From assembly GCA_963749155.1 (NCBI GenBank), contig CAVVLO010000002.1, positions 1,280,001 to 1,344,000 of the forward strand: a stretch of DNA of 64,000 bases. The letters are read 5' to 3'. Position numbers and translations under genes: made by a program. How positions within the stretch are numbered: the first letter of the stretch is position 1; each line of letters starts with the position of its first letter. The DNA comes from an uncultured Armatimonadia bacterium (GTDB lineage: Bacteria; Armatimonadota; Zipacnadia; CAVVLO01). Of this stretch, positions 8,938-19,690 are shown one piece after another. The notes below the pieces were generated by a model. That model was not told the origin of the DNA. It saw only the letters and a program-made list of their open reading frames with translations, and did not search any database.

Positions 8938-11235
8938 CTAGTCCGATTGTAATATCCGCCTGGCCTTCGCAAGTAGTTCGTCAGGTTCGTAAGGTTTGGA
9001 CACAATCTCACTTGCCCCTGAAGCCAGCAACCGCTGGGCCAGTTCGCCTTCGGTTTCTTCTGTCGCGACGAGTATTGGCGCATCCGGACACAGTTCTTTG
9101 AGCTTGGCCAGAGTCTCCTCGATGTCCAGATCCGCCAGTAAATCAGAAAGTACCACCAGTTTCACATCGTCTCGGCGCTCGGAGCAGCATTCCAGCGCGG
9201 AAATCGGGTCTGCCACTGCTATCACATCATAACCGACCGACTGCAGTGTCATAGTCACGAGGGCGGTGGCCAACTCATCGTGTTCCACCACCAGCACCAT
9301 CCCGAAGGCGCCAGTAGCCCCCCTGGCTTCTGGTTGGACCTCTTCTGGCTGTGCTTCGGCATCGACAGGCAGATAAACTAGAAACTCCGCTCCCTGGCCC
9401 GGCTCGCTAATCACATTGATAAAGCCTCCATGCCGCTTTACCACGCTGTAGACCATCGCAAGCCCAAGTCCTGTGCCTTCACCAGGCCCTTTTGTGCTGA
9501 AGAAAGGCTCAAAAGCTTTGGCCAGAATCGCCTCGCTCATACCAATCCCCGTGTCGGCGAATCTAAGCAGCGCGAAAAATCCCTCAGGGGTATCTTCTGC
9601 CTGCCGCAGAGGCTGACCACTGAGCTGGGCAAGCTCGGTCGTAAGGGTCAGTGTCCCCCCGTTAGGCATTGCATCCAGCGCGTTTATGGCCAGATTCATT
9701 ATTACCTGGGCTAGCTGATCATGGTCAGCTGATAGCAGAGGCAGCTCATCGGCGAAACGCGTAAGGAGCTGGATGTTGCGCTCGAGCCTGGGCGACAGCA
9801 CCAACAAGGTATCGCGTACCAGGTCGTTCAGGTCCACAGTGGTGAGTTTGGGGGGCTCTCCTCTGGCAAAACCAAGCATCTGCCTGGTCAGTCCGGCCGC
9901 TTGCTCGATGGTAGCGCGCGCAGCTTCCAGGGGCTGACGATTACCGGCATCTTCAGGGGGAAGCTCTACCAGCTCCAGATGGCCTTTCAAGGCTCCCAGC
10001 AGGTTGTTGAAATCGTGAGCGATGCCACTTACCAGCCTGCCCAGGCTGTCAAGCTTCTCGGAGCGCATCAGATGAGTCTCCAGTTGCCTGAGCTCGGTCA
10101 CATCGCGCAACACGCCGCGCAGCTCGATAAGGCCCCCATCTGGATTATAGGCCGCCCTGATGCTCATCAAGGCGTTTAGCCGGCTCCCATCAGCCCGGCG
10201 CAAGGTCACCTCGGAGTTCTTGACCACGCCACGCTTCTTGCAAAGCGACAGTAAATGACGAAGCAGGGCCGCGTCCTCGAAAAGCTCTTCGGTTGGGTTC
10301 GAGGTCAGCAAGGCTTCCTTGTTGGGATACCCAAACAACTCGACGCCGGCACGGTTGATGTCCAATAGATTGCCTTCCGGCGTCATACGGAAGATAACAT
10401 CAAGTGACTCCTCAAAAAGGCGCCTGTATTTTTCTTCTGATCCCAGCAGCAGATTGACGGCGCGTTTCCTTTCGGTGATATCGCGGCCTATCGAGAGAAG
10501 CACCGGTTGCCCATCCAGCTCGAAAAGGTGCGCGCTAACCTCAAAGGGAATACGTTCTCCATTTTTGGCCACGAAAACCGTTTCATAAGCGACGCGTTTG
10601 TTGCGCTTGAGTTGTTCCATTGCGGCTGCAGATAGAGTCTTCGGACCTTCCTGCAGCTCACCGGGATCCAGGCCCAACAATTCTTCGCGCGGATATCCAA
10701 GCCGGCGGCAAGCCAGATCGTTTACTTCAAGGAAAGGCCCTGGCTGGCTTCCTTTCCCAACTTTTTGCAGGAACATCGCATCGTTGGCCATATTGAAAAG
10801 GGTCTCGAAACGGCGCTGAGATTCGCGCAACCGGCGCGCCGCCTCTATGCGCTCGAGCCTCAACTGACGCTCTTCAAGCGCTCGTGAGACCGCCTGGCCC
10901 AGTCTGGCCATCCGGTCTTTCTGGACGTAATCGGTGGCCCCCTCCTTCATACACTGGACGGCCGCCTCTTCGCCTATCTTGCCCGAGACGACGATAAAGG
11001 GGATGTCATATCCTCGCTCCTGCAGCAACTGCAGCGCTTCGGGGGCCTCGAATTCCGGTAAGGAATAATCGGCTAGCACCACGTCGGGGCGCTTCTCCAG
11101 CTCGCCGAGATACTCTTCGCGTGTCTCGACGCGCACCCAGTCAGGATCGAACCCGCCACGCTGAAGCTGGCGGATGATAAGCTCCGCATCGGTTGGGGTG
11201 TCTTCGAGTAGCAGCAATCTAAGCGGAGTCCCCAA
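8938..11235 (-). CDS. hybrid kinase REC-PAS-PAS-HisKA-HATPase-REC
   Basis: N-terminal receiver (LLLEDT...VLADY), AHDFNNLL H-box, NALDAM, DTGIGM, GTGLGL, C-terminal receiver. Probable TTG start at 11235 after GAGGAGGAG. Confidence 0.92.
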   Translation of the reverse strand: MGTPLRLLLLEDTPTDAELIIRQLQRGGFDPDWVRVETREEYLGELEKRPDVVLADYSLPEFEAPEALQLLQERGYDIPFIVVSGKIGEEAAVQCMKEGATDYVQKDRMARLGQAVSRALEERQLRLERIEAARRLRESQRRFETLFNMANDAMFLQKVGKGSQPGPFLEVNDLACRRLGYPREELLGLDPGELQEGPKTLSAAAMEQLKRNKRVAYETVFVAKNGERIPFEVSAHLFELDGQPVLLSIGRDITERKRAVNLLLGSEEKYRRLFEESLDVIFRMTPEGNLLDINRAGVELFGYPNKEALLTSNPTEELFEDAALLRHLLSLCKKRGVVKNSEVTLRRADGSRLNALMSIRAAYNPDGGLIELRGVLRDVTELRQLETHLMRSEKLDSLGRLVSGIAHDFNNLLGALKGHLELVELPPEDAGNRQPLEAARATIEQAAGLTRQMLGFARGEPPKLTTVDLNDLVRDTLLVLSPRLERNIQLLTRFADELPLLSADHDQLAQVIMNLAINALDAMPNGGTLTLTTELAQLSGQPLRQAEDTPEGFFALLRFADTGIGMSEAILAKAFEPFFSTKGPGEGTGLGLAMVYSVVKRHGGFINVISEPGQGAEFLVYLPVDAEAQPEEVQPEARGATGAFGMVLVVEHDELATALVTMTLQSVGYDVIAVADPISALECCSERRDDVKLVVLSDLLADLDIEETLAKLKELCPDAPILVATEETEGELAQRLLASGASEIVSKPYEPDELLAKARRILQSD

Positions 11236-11571
11236 GGGCTCCTCCTCGAACTCGCCTCCGGCTAAAAGACCTTCTCGACTAGCAGAAGACTGGCTGTCAA
11301 TTGCCGGCTGATGCCGGGTGGTTATGTTCCTTATTATACCGAATCCTGATTCAGGCTCCGACTCCTGGCCAGGCCACACCGGCTATATGAGAAGCTTCTA
11401 TAGGCTATTTTTGGGTAGGCAACAATACGGCAACTCTTACCGAATTGCGGGAATCGGACTTCCTTTTTTGCCCTGACCGGCAGGCTGTCAGGGGGAATAT
11501 ATGGCTGTTAGACTTATGTTATCGGTAACAAGCCACCTCTTTCAAATACGGCAACGATTGCAGGGGTGGAG

Positions 11572-11607
11572 ACCAGCAGGCAGCCTGGCTTGCTGGTTAT
11601 CTTTTTT
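11572..11607 (+). terminator. intrinsic terminator-like hairpin in the amt leader (possible attenuator)
   Basis: ACCAGCAGGC-AGCCTG-GCTTGCTGGT followed by TATCTTTTTT, directly before the RBS. Confidence 0.55.
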
Positions 11608-11623
11608 CAAGAGGATGAGCAAA

Positions 11624-12961
11624 ATGAGAATCCGGTTATTGAAGATCTCTGCCATACTGGTAGGTGTCGCGGCGCTACTGGCCTGGGTGGCAAAGATCGA
11701 TCTGCCCTCCACAGAGGGAGACCTCTCTACGCTCAGTGCGGTTGACACAGCCTGGGTTTCTATTTGCGCAGGCCTGGTCATGCTGATGACTCCGGCGCTG
11801 GGTTTCTTCTACGGTGGACTGGTCCGCCAGAAGAACCTGGTCTCTATCCTCATGCAATGCCTGGCCATTTTTGCCGTTGCATCTGGCGTGTGGACATTAT
11901 GGGGTTATTCCTTGGCCTTTGGACCTACGAAGCACGGTCTGATTGGCGGACTGAAGTACGCCTTCCTGACTGGCGTAGGCACAGCGCCGGATCCTGATTA
12001 CAGCACGACTATACCGGGCTTGTCCTTTTACTTCTTCCAGATGAAGTTCGCCGCCATCACGCCGGCGCTCATAATCGGAGCTTTCGCCGAACGCATAAAG
12101 TTCTCTTCTCTTTTGGTGTTCCTGGTTGTCTGGGCGACAGTAGTATATGCGCCAGTTGCTCACTGGGTCTGGGGACTTGGTGGCTGGCTGCGCAACCTTG
12201 GCGCGCTGGACTTCGCAGGCGGCACAGTCGTGCATATCCTGGCTGGCATCACCGCGCTTGCAGGCGCCTGGGTCGTAGGCCGGCGGCGTATCCCCTCCGA
12301 GGAACAAGAAGGGCCCAACAATGTCCCCTTCGTAATTCTTGGAGCTGCGCTACTATGGTTTGGCTGGTTCGGTTTCAATGCCGGCAGCGCGCTTGGGATG
12401 AACGGTGTCGCTGTGATGGCTCTTGTCACCACCAACATCGCGGCTGCCTTTGCCACGATGAGCTGGGTCGCTGTTGACTGGTATGTCCGCGGCAAGCCAA
12501 CGGCGACAGGCGCCGCGATAGGCGCTGTCTGTGGTTTGGTCGCAATCACTCCCGCCGCAGGTTATGTTACTGTCACTGGTGGCATGGCAATAGGCCTGGC
12601 CGCCGGGCTTGTCTGCAACCTCTTTGCTGTCCTGATGAAGCGCACGCCTATCGATGATACGCTGGATGTCTTCGCCTGTCATGGGGTGGGCGGTATCCTG
12701 GGCGCCTTGCTCACAGGAGTCTTCTGCACCAAGGCTGTAAATCCGGCTGGCGCCGATGGGCTGCTCTACGGCAACCCAAAGCAGTTTCTGATTCAGCTTG
12801 CTGCGGTAGTTGTAGTTGCGGTTTGGGGATTTGTGACATCGGTCCTCTTGCTCAAGGTTATCAACAAGGTGATGAAGCTACGCGTCTCGGTGGCGGATGA
12901 GCATCTTGGGCTCGATTTGGCCCAACACGGCGAAAGTGCTTATCAAGGTAGCTGGAAGTAG
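11624..12961 (+). CDS. amtB: ammonium transporter (Amt family), copy 1
   Basis: LMTPALGFFYGG, FQMKFAAITPALI.GAFAER, DFAGGTVVH, LLWFGWFGFNAGS, DDTLDVFACHG; both pore histidines present. Confidence 0.96.
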   Translation: MRIRLLKISAILVGVAALLAWVAKIDLPSTEGDLSTLSAVDTAWVSICAGLVMLMTPALGFFYGGLVRQKNLVSILMQCLAIFAVASGVWTLWGYSLAFGPTKHGLIGGLKYAFLTGVGTAPDPDYSTTIPGLSFYFFQMKFAAITPALIIGAFAERIKFSSLLVFLVVWATVVYAPVAHWVWGLGGWLRNLGALDFAGGTVVHILAGITALAGAWVVGRRRIPSEEQEGPNNVPFVILGAALLWFGWFGFNAGSALGMNGVAVMALVTTNIAAAFATMSWVAVDWYVRGKPTATGAAIGAVCGLVAITPAAGYVTVTGGMAIGLAAGLVCNLFAVLMKRTPIDDTLDVFACHGVGGILGALLTGVFCTKAVNPAGADGLLYGNPKQFLIQLAAVVVVAVWGFVTSVLLLKVINKVMKLRVSVADEHLGLDLAQHGESAYQGSWK

Positions 12962-12983
12962 TCACTGATCCTCCCTGAACGAA

Positions 12984-13020
12984 GGCCGCCGGAGAAGCCT
13001 TCCGGCGGCCAGATTCTCTC
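12984..13020 (+). terminator. hairpin/terminator after amt copy 1
   Basis: GGCCGCCGGA-GAAGCCT-TCCGGCGGCC; a similar hairpin follows copy 2. Confidence 0.55.
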
Positions 13021-13229
13021 CTCGGTAGGAACCAGCAGGGCAACTGCCCCTTCTCAGACTACAATCTCGCTTACTTTTTGCCTTGAACAGGCGGCTATCA
13101 GACGGCAAGCCTCACTGGTAGGCTTCAGTTATCCAGGGCAAGCCGAACTCGGCTTGGTTATCACTTTGCCCCTCGCTTTCCGCTAGCTTGCCTTATGCTT
13201 GTCTGCGCTGTCCATGGAGGTTGTTCGCT

Positions 13230-14568
13230 GTGAAGAAACGTCTTTGGAGAGTAGCTGCTGTCGTGTTTGGGTCTGCCGCTTTGCTGACCTGGCTAGCCAA
13301 AATCAACCTGCCCTTCCAGGGTGGCGACACCTCCACTATCAATCAGACAGACACCGCCTGGGTTGCCCTCTCATCGGGTCTCGTAATGCTGATGACTCCC
13401 GCGGTCGGTTTCTTCTACGGTGGTTTGGTGCGGCAGAAGAACCTGGTCTCGATCCTGATGCAGTCGCTTGGCCATCTTCGCTATCGGGTGTGCTGTCTGG
13501 ACCCTCTGGGGTTACAGCCTGGCCTTCGCGCCGGGTTATTACGGTCTCATCGGGGGTCTCAAGTATGTGCTGCTGCAGGGCGTAGGCGCAGCTCCTGATC
13601 CTGACTACTGTGCCACAATACCAGCTGTTTCTTTCTACTTCTTCCAGATGAAATTTGCAGCCATCACTCCAGCCCTTGTGATCGGCGCTTTCGCAGAACG
13701 CGTGAAGTTTTCGGCTTTGCTGGCCTTCCTCATCATCTGGGCTACTATCGTTTACGCGCCTGTAGCCCACTGGGTATGGGGAGTCGGGGGCTGGCTGCGC
13801 AATCTGGGCGCTTTGGATTTCGCTGGCGGACTTGTCGTGCACCTGCTGGCGGGTGTCACTTCGGTAGCAGGCGCCTGGGTCATCGGAAGGCGCCATCGTC
13901 CTGCCAACGAACCAGACGGGCCTAACAACGTCCCCTTCGTCATCCTTGGCGGCGCGCTCTTGTGGTTTGGCTGGTTCGGCTTCAACGCTGGCAGTGCTCT
14001 GGGTATGAACAGTGTCGCAATCAATGCTCTCGTCACCACCAATATTGCCGCTGCCTTTGCCGTAATCAGCTGGATGGCTGTGGACTGGTATGTCCGCGGC
14101 AAACCTACGGCAACAGGCGCAGCCATTGGCGCAGTCTGCGGTCTTGGCGCCGTGACGCCAGCAGCGGGTTTCATTGACTTGACCGCGGCGATGGTTATCG
14201 GCCTGATTGCTGGCTTCGTCTGTAACTTGTTCGTTGTACTTATGAAGCGTACCCCAGTTGATGATGCTCTTGATGTTTTCGCCTGCCATGGTATCGGCGG
14301 TATGCTTGGGTCTTTGCTCACTGGAGTCTATTGCAGTAAACTCATCAACCCAGCTGGTGCCGATGGGCTGCTCTACGGCAATCCCAGGCAGTTCTTCATC
14401 CAGCTACTGGCCGTTCTGGTCATTGCGATCTGGGGCTTTGTGATGACAGTCCTTATTCTCAAGGTACTCGGCAAGGTGATGAAGCTGCGCGTCTCGGTAG
14501 CCGATGAGCATCTTGGGCTCGATTTGGCCCAACATGGTGAAAGCGCTTATCAGGGTAGCTGGAAGTAA
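13230..14568 (+). CDS. amtB: ammonium transporter (Amt family), copy 2 (one frameshift near 13465)
   Basis: GTG start after GGAGG. ORFs 13188-13598 and 13468-14568 join into a full paralog of copy 1, with one extra base in CAGTCGCTTGGCC versus CAATGCCTGGCC. Confidence 0.9.
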
Positions 14569-14592
14569 TCGTCGACAATCTCCAAACATCTG

Positions 14593-14628
14593 GGCCGCCG
14601 GAGTCTCCCCCTCTGGCGGCCTTCTCTT
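14593..14628 (+). terminator. intrinsic terminator after amt copy 2
   Basis: GGCCGCCGGAG...CTCTGGCGGCC followed by TTCTCTT. Confidence 0.6.
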
Positions 14629-14694
14629 GACCAGGCAGGATTTCAGCTTTCCAAAGTGAACCGGTTACCCAGTTACACTGTAGGAGGTAACCTG

Positions 14695-17554
14695 ATGCGA
14701 ACTCTTTTGCTGCTTGCAGGCTTGCTTGGACTGCTTTGCTCTACCCGTCCTTTGCCCTCGAAGTCAGTCTCGACCTGACCAGGGCCCTGTCAACCCCAGG
14801 CCTCAAGCTGCTTGACTGGCGCCGATGGCAACTGGCGCCCGGCAGAGGTTGATGGCACTCAGGTGGTTGAGTTCGGCTTCAAGCAGGAGGCCTTTTACCT
14901 GTATTTCAAACTCGACCAATCACTCTTCCCCGAAACGCCTCTGCCGCTCTATGTCAGCATCGAGTTTTTTGATAAGTCCTTTGCCACAGGGCTGAGTCTG
15001 CAATACGACCAGGCGGGGAAGACGGCTTACGAACCAGCTTCCGGTTATTCCTTTGGCATTGGCAGTGGCGAATGGCGCACCGCCTGGTTTGAACTGCCAG
15101 ATGCCGCTGTGTCCCATCGGCAGAACCTTCAGGCCGATTTCCGGCTTATGGCAGGCAGTTCGACTCTGCTGCGCCGGGTAACGGTCACCGACCAACCTGC
15201 CTCGGTAGTCTCGAAGGAGCAGATGCGCGCCGAATTAGCCGCCCTTGCGCCAAAGCTGCCAGACGACTTCCTCTATACAGTAGGGGCAAACGCTTCTGTC
15301 AGCGAGCTTAGGTCCGGCGCGCCCTTCTGGAAGCTGATGGGCTTCAAGGACATCGAGCTCTACGTCACCTGGCGACTGCTCAACGACGATCCCGCCGTCT
15401 GGGACTTGAGCCAGTTCGATGCGATGGTGGACGAGCTGCAAAGCTGGGACCTCAAGTGGATGCCCTTCCTCATCGCCGGGCCTGCTTACGCTACTCCCTT
15501 GTGGTATCGCAACTCACCCGACTCGGTCTTCACCAAATGCCTCGAACATGACGCAGGGCAGTCGCATCCAGTCCATCTTCAATCCCGATATGGTTGGTCG
15601 GGTGGATGAGTTCCTGCGCCAGTGTGGCCAGCACTGGAACGATGACCGGCTGAATTACATCCTGCTTGGAGTCTCGGGCACGTATGGAGAGTCCATCTAT
15701 GCCGCTGGACCAGAGGGCGGCTGGACGGCTTCAGAAGCTGGTGAGGATTATCACAACCACGGGGGTTTCTGGGCTGCCGAACCTGAAGCCATCGCGTCCT
15801 TCCAGGCCTGGCTCGAAGCAAAGTACGACGAGGTGGATAGCCTCAACCAGGCCTGGGGGAAGGGGTATACCGACTTCGGGCAGGTGAAGACCTTTATCCC
15901 AGGCGCCGATATGCCACGCCGGATGGCCTTCGATATGGCCTCCTGGTATACCCAGGCGATGACCGACTGGTCGGCGGTCTGGACAGACTCCGCCAGCAAG
16001 CATTTCCCAGGGACACCCGTCTATCTGTGCACGGGGGGGCACGGTATTGCGATGTTGGGTGCCGACTTTGCCGCGCAGGCCCAGATGCTTTCGCGCTTCC
16101 CGTCAACTGGCATCCGCATCACCAACGAGGCCAGCAACTACCTCAGCAACTTCGATATGACCCGGATGGTCGCCTCGGCCTGCCGTTTCTATGATATCGG
16201 CTTTGGGTTCGAGCCCGCTGGCTATTGCGATCACAACGGCATCGTTGGGCGACTCTTCAACGACATCAGCAGCGGCGCCAACCAGTTTCATGACTATCAC
16301 GGCAATCCCTTTAGTAACTCAGCATATGCCCAGAATCTGCATCGCTTCTCTGGCCTGCTCGGTAAGCGCGAGCCCCTAATCGATGTGGCGGTTTTCCAGC
16401 CCAAACCTGCTGTCTACCTCGATGAGAAGGAGATGTCTCGTTTCTACGGGGCCGCCGCGGCTCTCAGGCAGCTCGTGGACGTCGATTTCGTGGATAGCAC
16501 CCTCGTCGCAGATGGCGCGCTGGAGCAGTACAAACTGATTGTGCTGCCCAACACCCGCTTCGAGGAGGAGACAACCTTGCAGGCCCTTCTCGATTGGGTG
16601 GAAGCTGGCGGAGTGGCAGTTGTGGCTCGCAACGAAGCCCCCTGGCTCGAGACCATCGAAGGCTCCACCGCGCTCAGGGAAGAACTTCTCGGCGACCTGG
16701 CCAGCCTGCCCGATACCAGCCTTGTTGTGCCCGAGACACCCGACCTGGGCAACCGGCGCGCGATACTCGAAGTCGGCGCTTCAGGAGATGACCTGTGGCT
16801 GAGTGGTGACTGGTTCAGCGCCGAGTCAGGTTCCGAGGAGCTGCCCGCCAACCGCAGAAGCTGGCGCTGGATGAGCCACACGGCGCGAGTTATCCTTCCT
16901 GTCTGGTTTGAGGGCCCCGCGACCCTCTACGTGGGGGGCAACCTGTTCGGTGAGAATCCAATCTCCTCCGGACGGCTGCTGCTGGATGGCAAGGAGCTTG
17001 GCCCGTTGCTGGGCCCGCAGGACGGCGACTACCTGTTCGAGATCCCCGCCGCTGACCTGGCCGGCAAGAGGCGCGTGACTCTCGAGTTCGATATGAAGCC
17101 CCTGCGCGGCTTTGATATCGGCATCTCCGACTCGCGCGAGCTGGGCTTCCTGCTCAACTACATCGACTTTGGCCCGACCAGGGCCAACCGGATGGTGCCT
17201 GCCAAACTGGCAGAACTGGGCTTGAAAGCGACCGTGGCCGAAGCTGACCTGCTGCGTTGTTCGCGCTCGCTTGGAGAGGGCAAAATATTCCTGATGCCGA
17301 CGAGTCAGGCTTCCGCAACCGAATTTGCCTCCTTCACCTGGGAGGTAATCAGGCAGGCCAGCGCGCTGGGACTTGGCGAGGAGTTCATCCCCCTGCTGGA
17401 CGGCAAGTTTGATGGCGTCTACTGCACGCTCACAACCAACTCGCTGCTCTGGTTCAATGATACAGATGACCCGAAGCCAGGCTATGCTGTGGTCAAGGGG
17501 AAGCCTTACGAGGTGGAACTGGAGCCGCACTCCATCCAGGAGCAACCTCTGTAG
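14695..17554 (+). CDS. secreted GH42/GH14-like glycoside hydrolase with accessory domains (2-3 frameshifts)
   Basis: ATG 14695 after AGGAGG with a signal peptide. ORFs 14812-15609 and 15419-17554 contain IELYVTW, TPLWY, FQAWLEAKY...LNQAWG and a trimerisation-like LEQYKLIVLP segment. Confidence 0.7.
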
Positions 17555-17573
17555 TCCCGGTAACATCACCCAG

Positions 17574-17611
17574 CAAAAAAGCCGGGCCCCCAGGGGTCCG
17601 GCTTCTTTTTT
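17574..17611. terminator. bidirectional intrinsic terminator
   Basis: AAAAAAGCCGGGCCCC-CA-GGGGTCCGGCTTCTTTTTT between convergent genes. Confidence 0.8.
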
Positions 17612-17628
17612 AAGGTTTATGTCACGGT

Positions 17629-17994
17629 CTAAACTGGCAAGCCTGTCGAAGGCCACAGCCTTACCATCATATAGGCAATCTCGGCCAGGGCCGTTACCAG
17701 CACAACCGCGCTAGCAGTCAACACATAACGCTCCAGCTTTTTCAGATCACGGGGCGTTATCATCCCCTTGTACATCCGGAGCTGCACCAGCTGAAGCCAG
17801 GCTGCCACGATCAGGCCAAGCGACAGCGCGACAGGGATAAGCGCGCTCCATTGACTATGGGTCAAGAAAGGTGCGATCGCAAGTAAAGGTACTGCAAGCC
17901 CTGCGACCCAACGCACCAGGCGCTGACGGCCACGGAGCCACCGATATGCGGCGTCGGGGCCGCCTTTCTCCTCTATTCTCGCTGCCTCTTGCAA
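17629..17994 (-). CDS. small membrane protein (3 TM), hypothetical
   Basis: 121 aa with three hydrophobic segments; start uncertain. Confidence 0.55.
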   Translation of the reverse strand: MQEAARIEEKGGPDAAYRWLRGRQRLVRWVAGLAVPLLAIAPFLTHSQWSALIPVALSLGLIVAAWLQLVQLRMYKGMITPRDLKKLERYVLTASAVVLVTALAEIAYMMVRLWPSTGLPV

Positions 17995-18178
17995 GGTACT
18001 TCAACCTCTCATAAAGTTCACTTTGTTCGTGTATGATACCCTAAACGGCTCCATATTAAAAGTGGTTCCCTGTTTCCAATATGTAAACTTATCCCTTCAG
18101 TCTGTATTGACTTGCTGGTAACGTCCTCCGGGAAACCTGATACACTTCTGGTGATCCCTTATGGAGGTTGCTTGTCAG

Positions 18179-19546
18179 ATGAGATTACCTGCTTCCAGAC
18201 TCTTCGGTACCGATGGCGTGCGGGGCATTGCCAACCGCGAACTCACCGCCGAACTGGCCCTCGGCCTTGGCCGCGTTTTCGGCCTTTGGCTTGCGCGCGA
18301 CCTCGAGAGGCCTGAGGTCCTGATAGCCCGAGATACCCGCCTCTCTGGCCCGATGCTGGCCAGCGCAGTCGAAGCAGGCCTTACGAGCGCCGGCGCCGAC
18401 GCCGTCGACTGCGGCATCCTGCCTACCCCTGCGCTCGGTCTGCTGACTGCTCGCCAAGGGCGCGCGGGCGCCGTTATGCTCTCAGCCTCGCACAACCCGC
18501 CCCAGTTCAACGGCATCAAGCTGCTTTCAGGTGAGGGCAAGAAGCTTCCCGACGAGGTCGAAGACGAACTCGAAGCCCTGCTGCGCGTTCATGGAGAACA
18601 ATTCTATGAGGGCGATCCTGACCAGGTAGGCCTGCTTTTCGAGCATCCCGAAGCCCGTGAGGAATACCTGGACTTCCTGTTTCAGCTTTCGCCCTTGCCG
18701 CTCAAGCTCGAGGGGCTCAAAGTGGCGCTCGATTGCGGCTTCGGCGCGGCCTTCGAGCTTGCCCATCTGGCTTTCGAGCGCGCCGGGGCCGAGGTCGTAC
18801 TGCTCAATGCCGAAGCAGACGGCGCGCGCATCAACGCAGGCTGTGGCGCGCTCCACCCCCAGCAGGTCGGCCAGGCCGTGCTCGATTCGGGGGCAGACTT
18901 CGGAGTGGCCTTCGATGGCGACGCCGACCGCGCGATGTTCGTTGACGAGGCTGGCAAGCCACGCGATGGCGACCATATCAAGTATCTCCTCGCCGCCGAT
19001 GCCCTCTCCCGGGGCGCCTTCTCGCCGCCAATCGTGGTCGGCACGGTGATGAGCAACCTGGGCCTCGAGCTTGCCCTGCGCGAACTGGGAGTAGAACTCG
19101 TTCGCACGCCTGTAGGCGACCGCTACGTGGCCGAGACGATGGCTGAGCGAGGCGCGGTGCTGGGCGGAGAGCAATCTGGCCACATCATCTTTGCCGAACA
19201 TGGGCTTGGAGATGGCATATATACGGCCTTGCGGGTGGCAGAAGTGGTCTCTCGCACGGGCAAACCGCTGTCCGAGCTTGCCGCGCCCGTCCAGAAAGTG
19301 CCCCAGGTGCTGATAAATGTCCCGCTCCCCCCTGGCTACGACTGGCAACGCTCCGAGCCGCTCCAGCAGGCGCTTGCCGAGTGGCAGGCCACCCTCGAGG
19401 GGAAGGGCCGCCTGCTGCTGCGTCCCTCTGGCACGGAGCCATTGCTGCGCGTGATGGTCGAAGCCCTCGACAAGGCGATGGCCTACGAAGCCGCCGGCGC
19501 CCTCGCCGAGACCATCACCTCCGAAGTGCCCGAGGTGGAAGGGTAA
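18179..19546 (+). CDS. glmM: phosphoglucosamine mutase
   Basis: LFGTDGVRG, SASHNP (phospho-Ser), FDGDADR, GTVMSNLG, VGDRYV, GGEQSGH, RPSGTEPLLRVMVE. Confidence 0.95.
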   Translation: MRLPASRLFGTDGVRGIANRELTAELALGLGRVFGLWLARDLERPEVLIARDTRLSGPMLASAVEAGLTSAGADAVDCGILPTPALGLLTARQGRAGAVMLSASHNPPQFNGIKLLSGEGKKLPDEVEDELEALLRVHGEQFYEGDPDQVGLLFEHPEAREEYLDFLFQLSPLPLKLEGLKVALDCGFGAAFELAHLAFERAGAEVVLLNAEADGARINAGCGALHPQQVGQAVLDSGADFGVAFDGDADRAMFVDEAGKPRDGDHIKYLLAADALSRGAFSPPIVVGTVMSNLGLELALRELGVELVRTPVGDRYVAETMAERGAVLGGEQSGHIIFAEHGLGDGIYTALRVAEVVSRTGKPLSELAAPVQKVPQVLINVPLPPGYDWQRSEPLQQALAEWQATLEGKGRLLLRPSGTEPLLRVMVEALDKAMAYEAAGALAETITSEVPEVEG

Positions 19547-19551
19547 GCAAC

Positions 19552-19579
19552 TTGCCAACGGCAGGCTAGTGGGTACAAT
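19552..19579 (+). promoter_or_regulatory. sigma70-like promoter of cassette 1
   Basis: TTGCCA-N16-TACAAT immediately after the glmM stop. Confidence 0.6.
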
Positions 19580-19602
19580 GTATACAGTGGGCACTCGTCG
19601 AG

Positions 19603-19690
19603 GCTAAAAACACAACGCGCCCAATTCGCTCCGATATTCACAGCAGTGGCCACACCGCCCTTACGAATATGGAGGTGCCGTGCCGTGAAA
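19603..19690 (+). repeat. conserved leader repeat, copy 1
   Basis: GCTAAAAACACAACGCGCCCAATTCGCTCCGATATTCACAGCAGTGG...TGGAGGTGCCGTGCCGTGAAA, similar to 21767-21853. Confidence 0.9.

Noticed and set aside
11517..11562. TnrA/GlnR box or ANTAR hairpins upstream of amt
   Set aside because: TGTTA/TAACA has a 4-nt rather than 7-nt spacer, and GGCAACGATTGC does not form the tandem 3-bp-stem, 6-nt-loop ANTAR motif.
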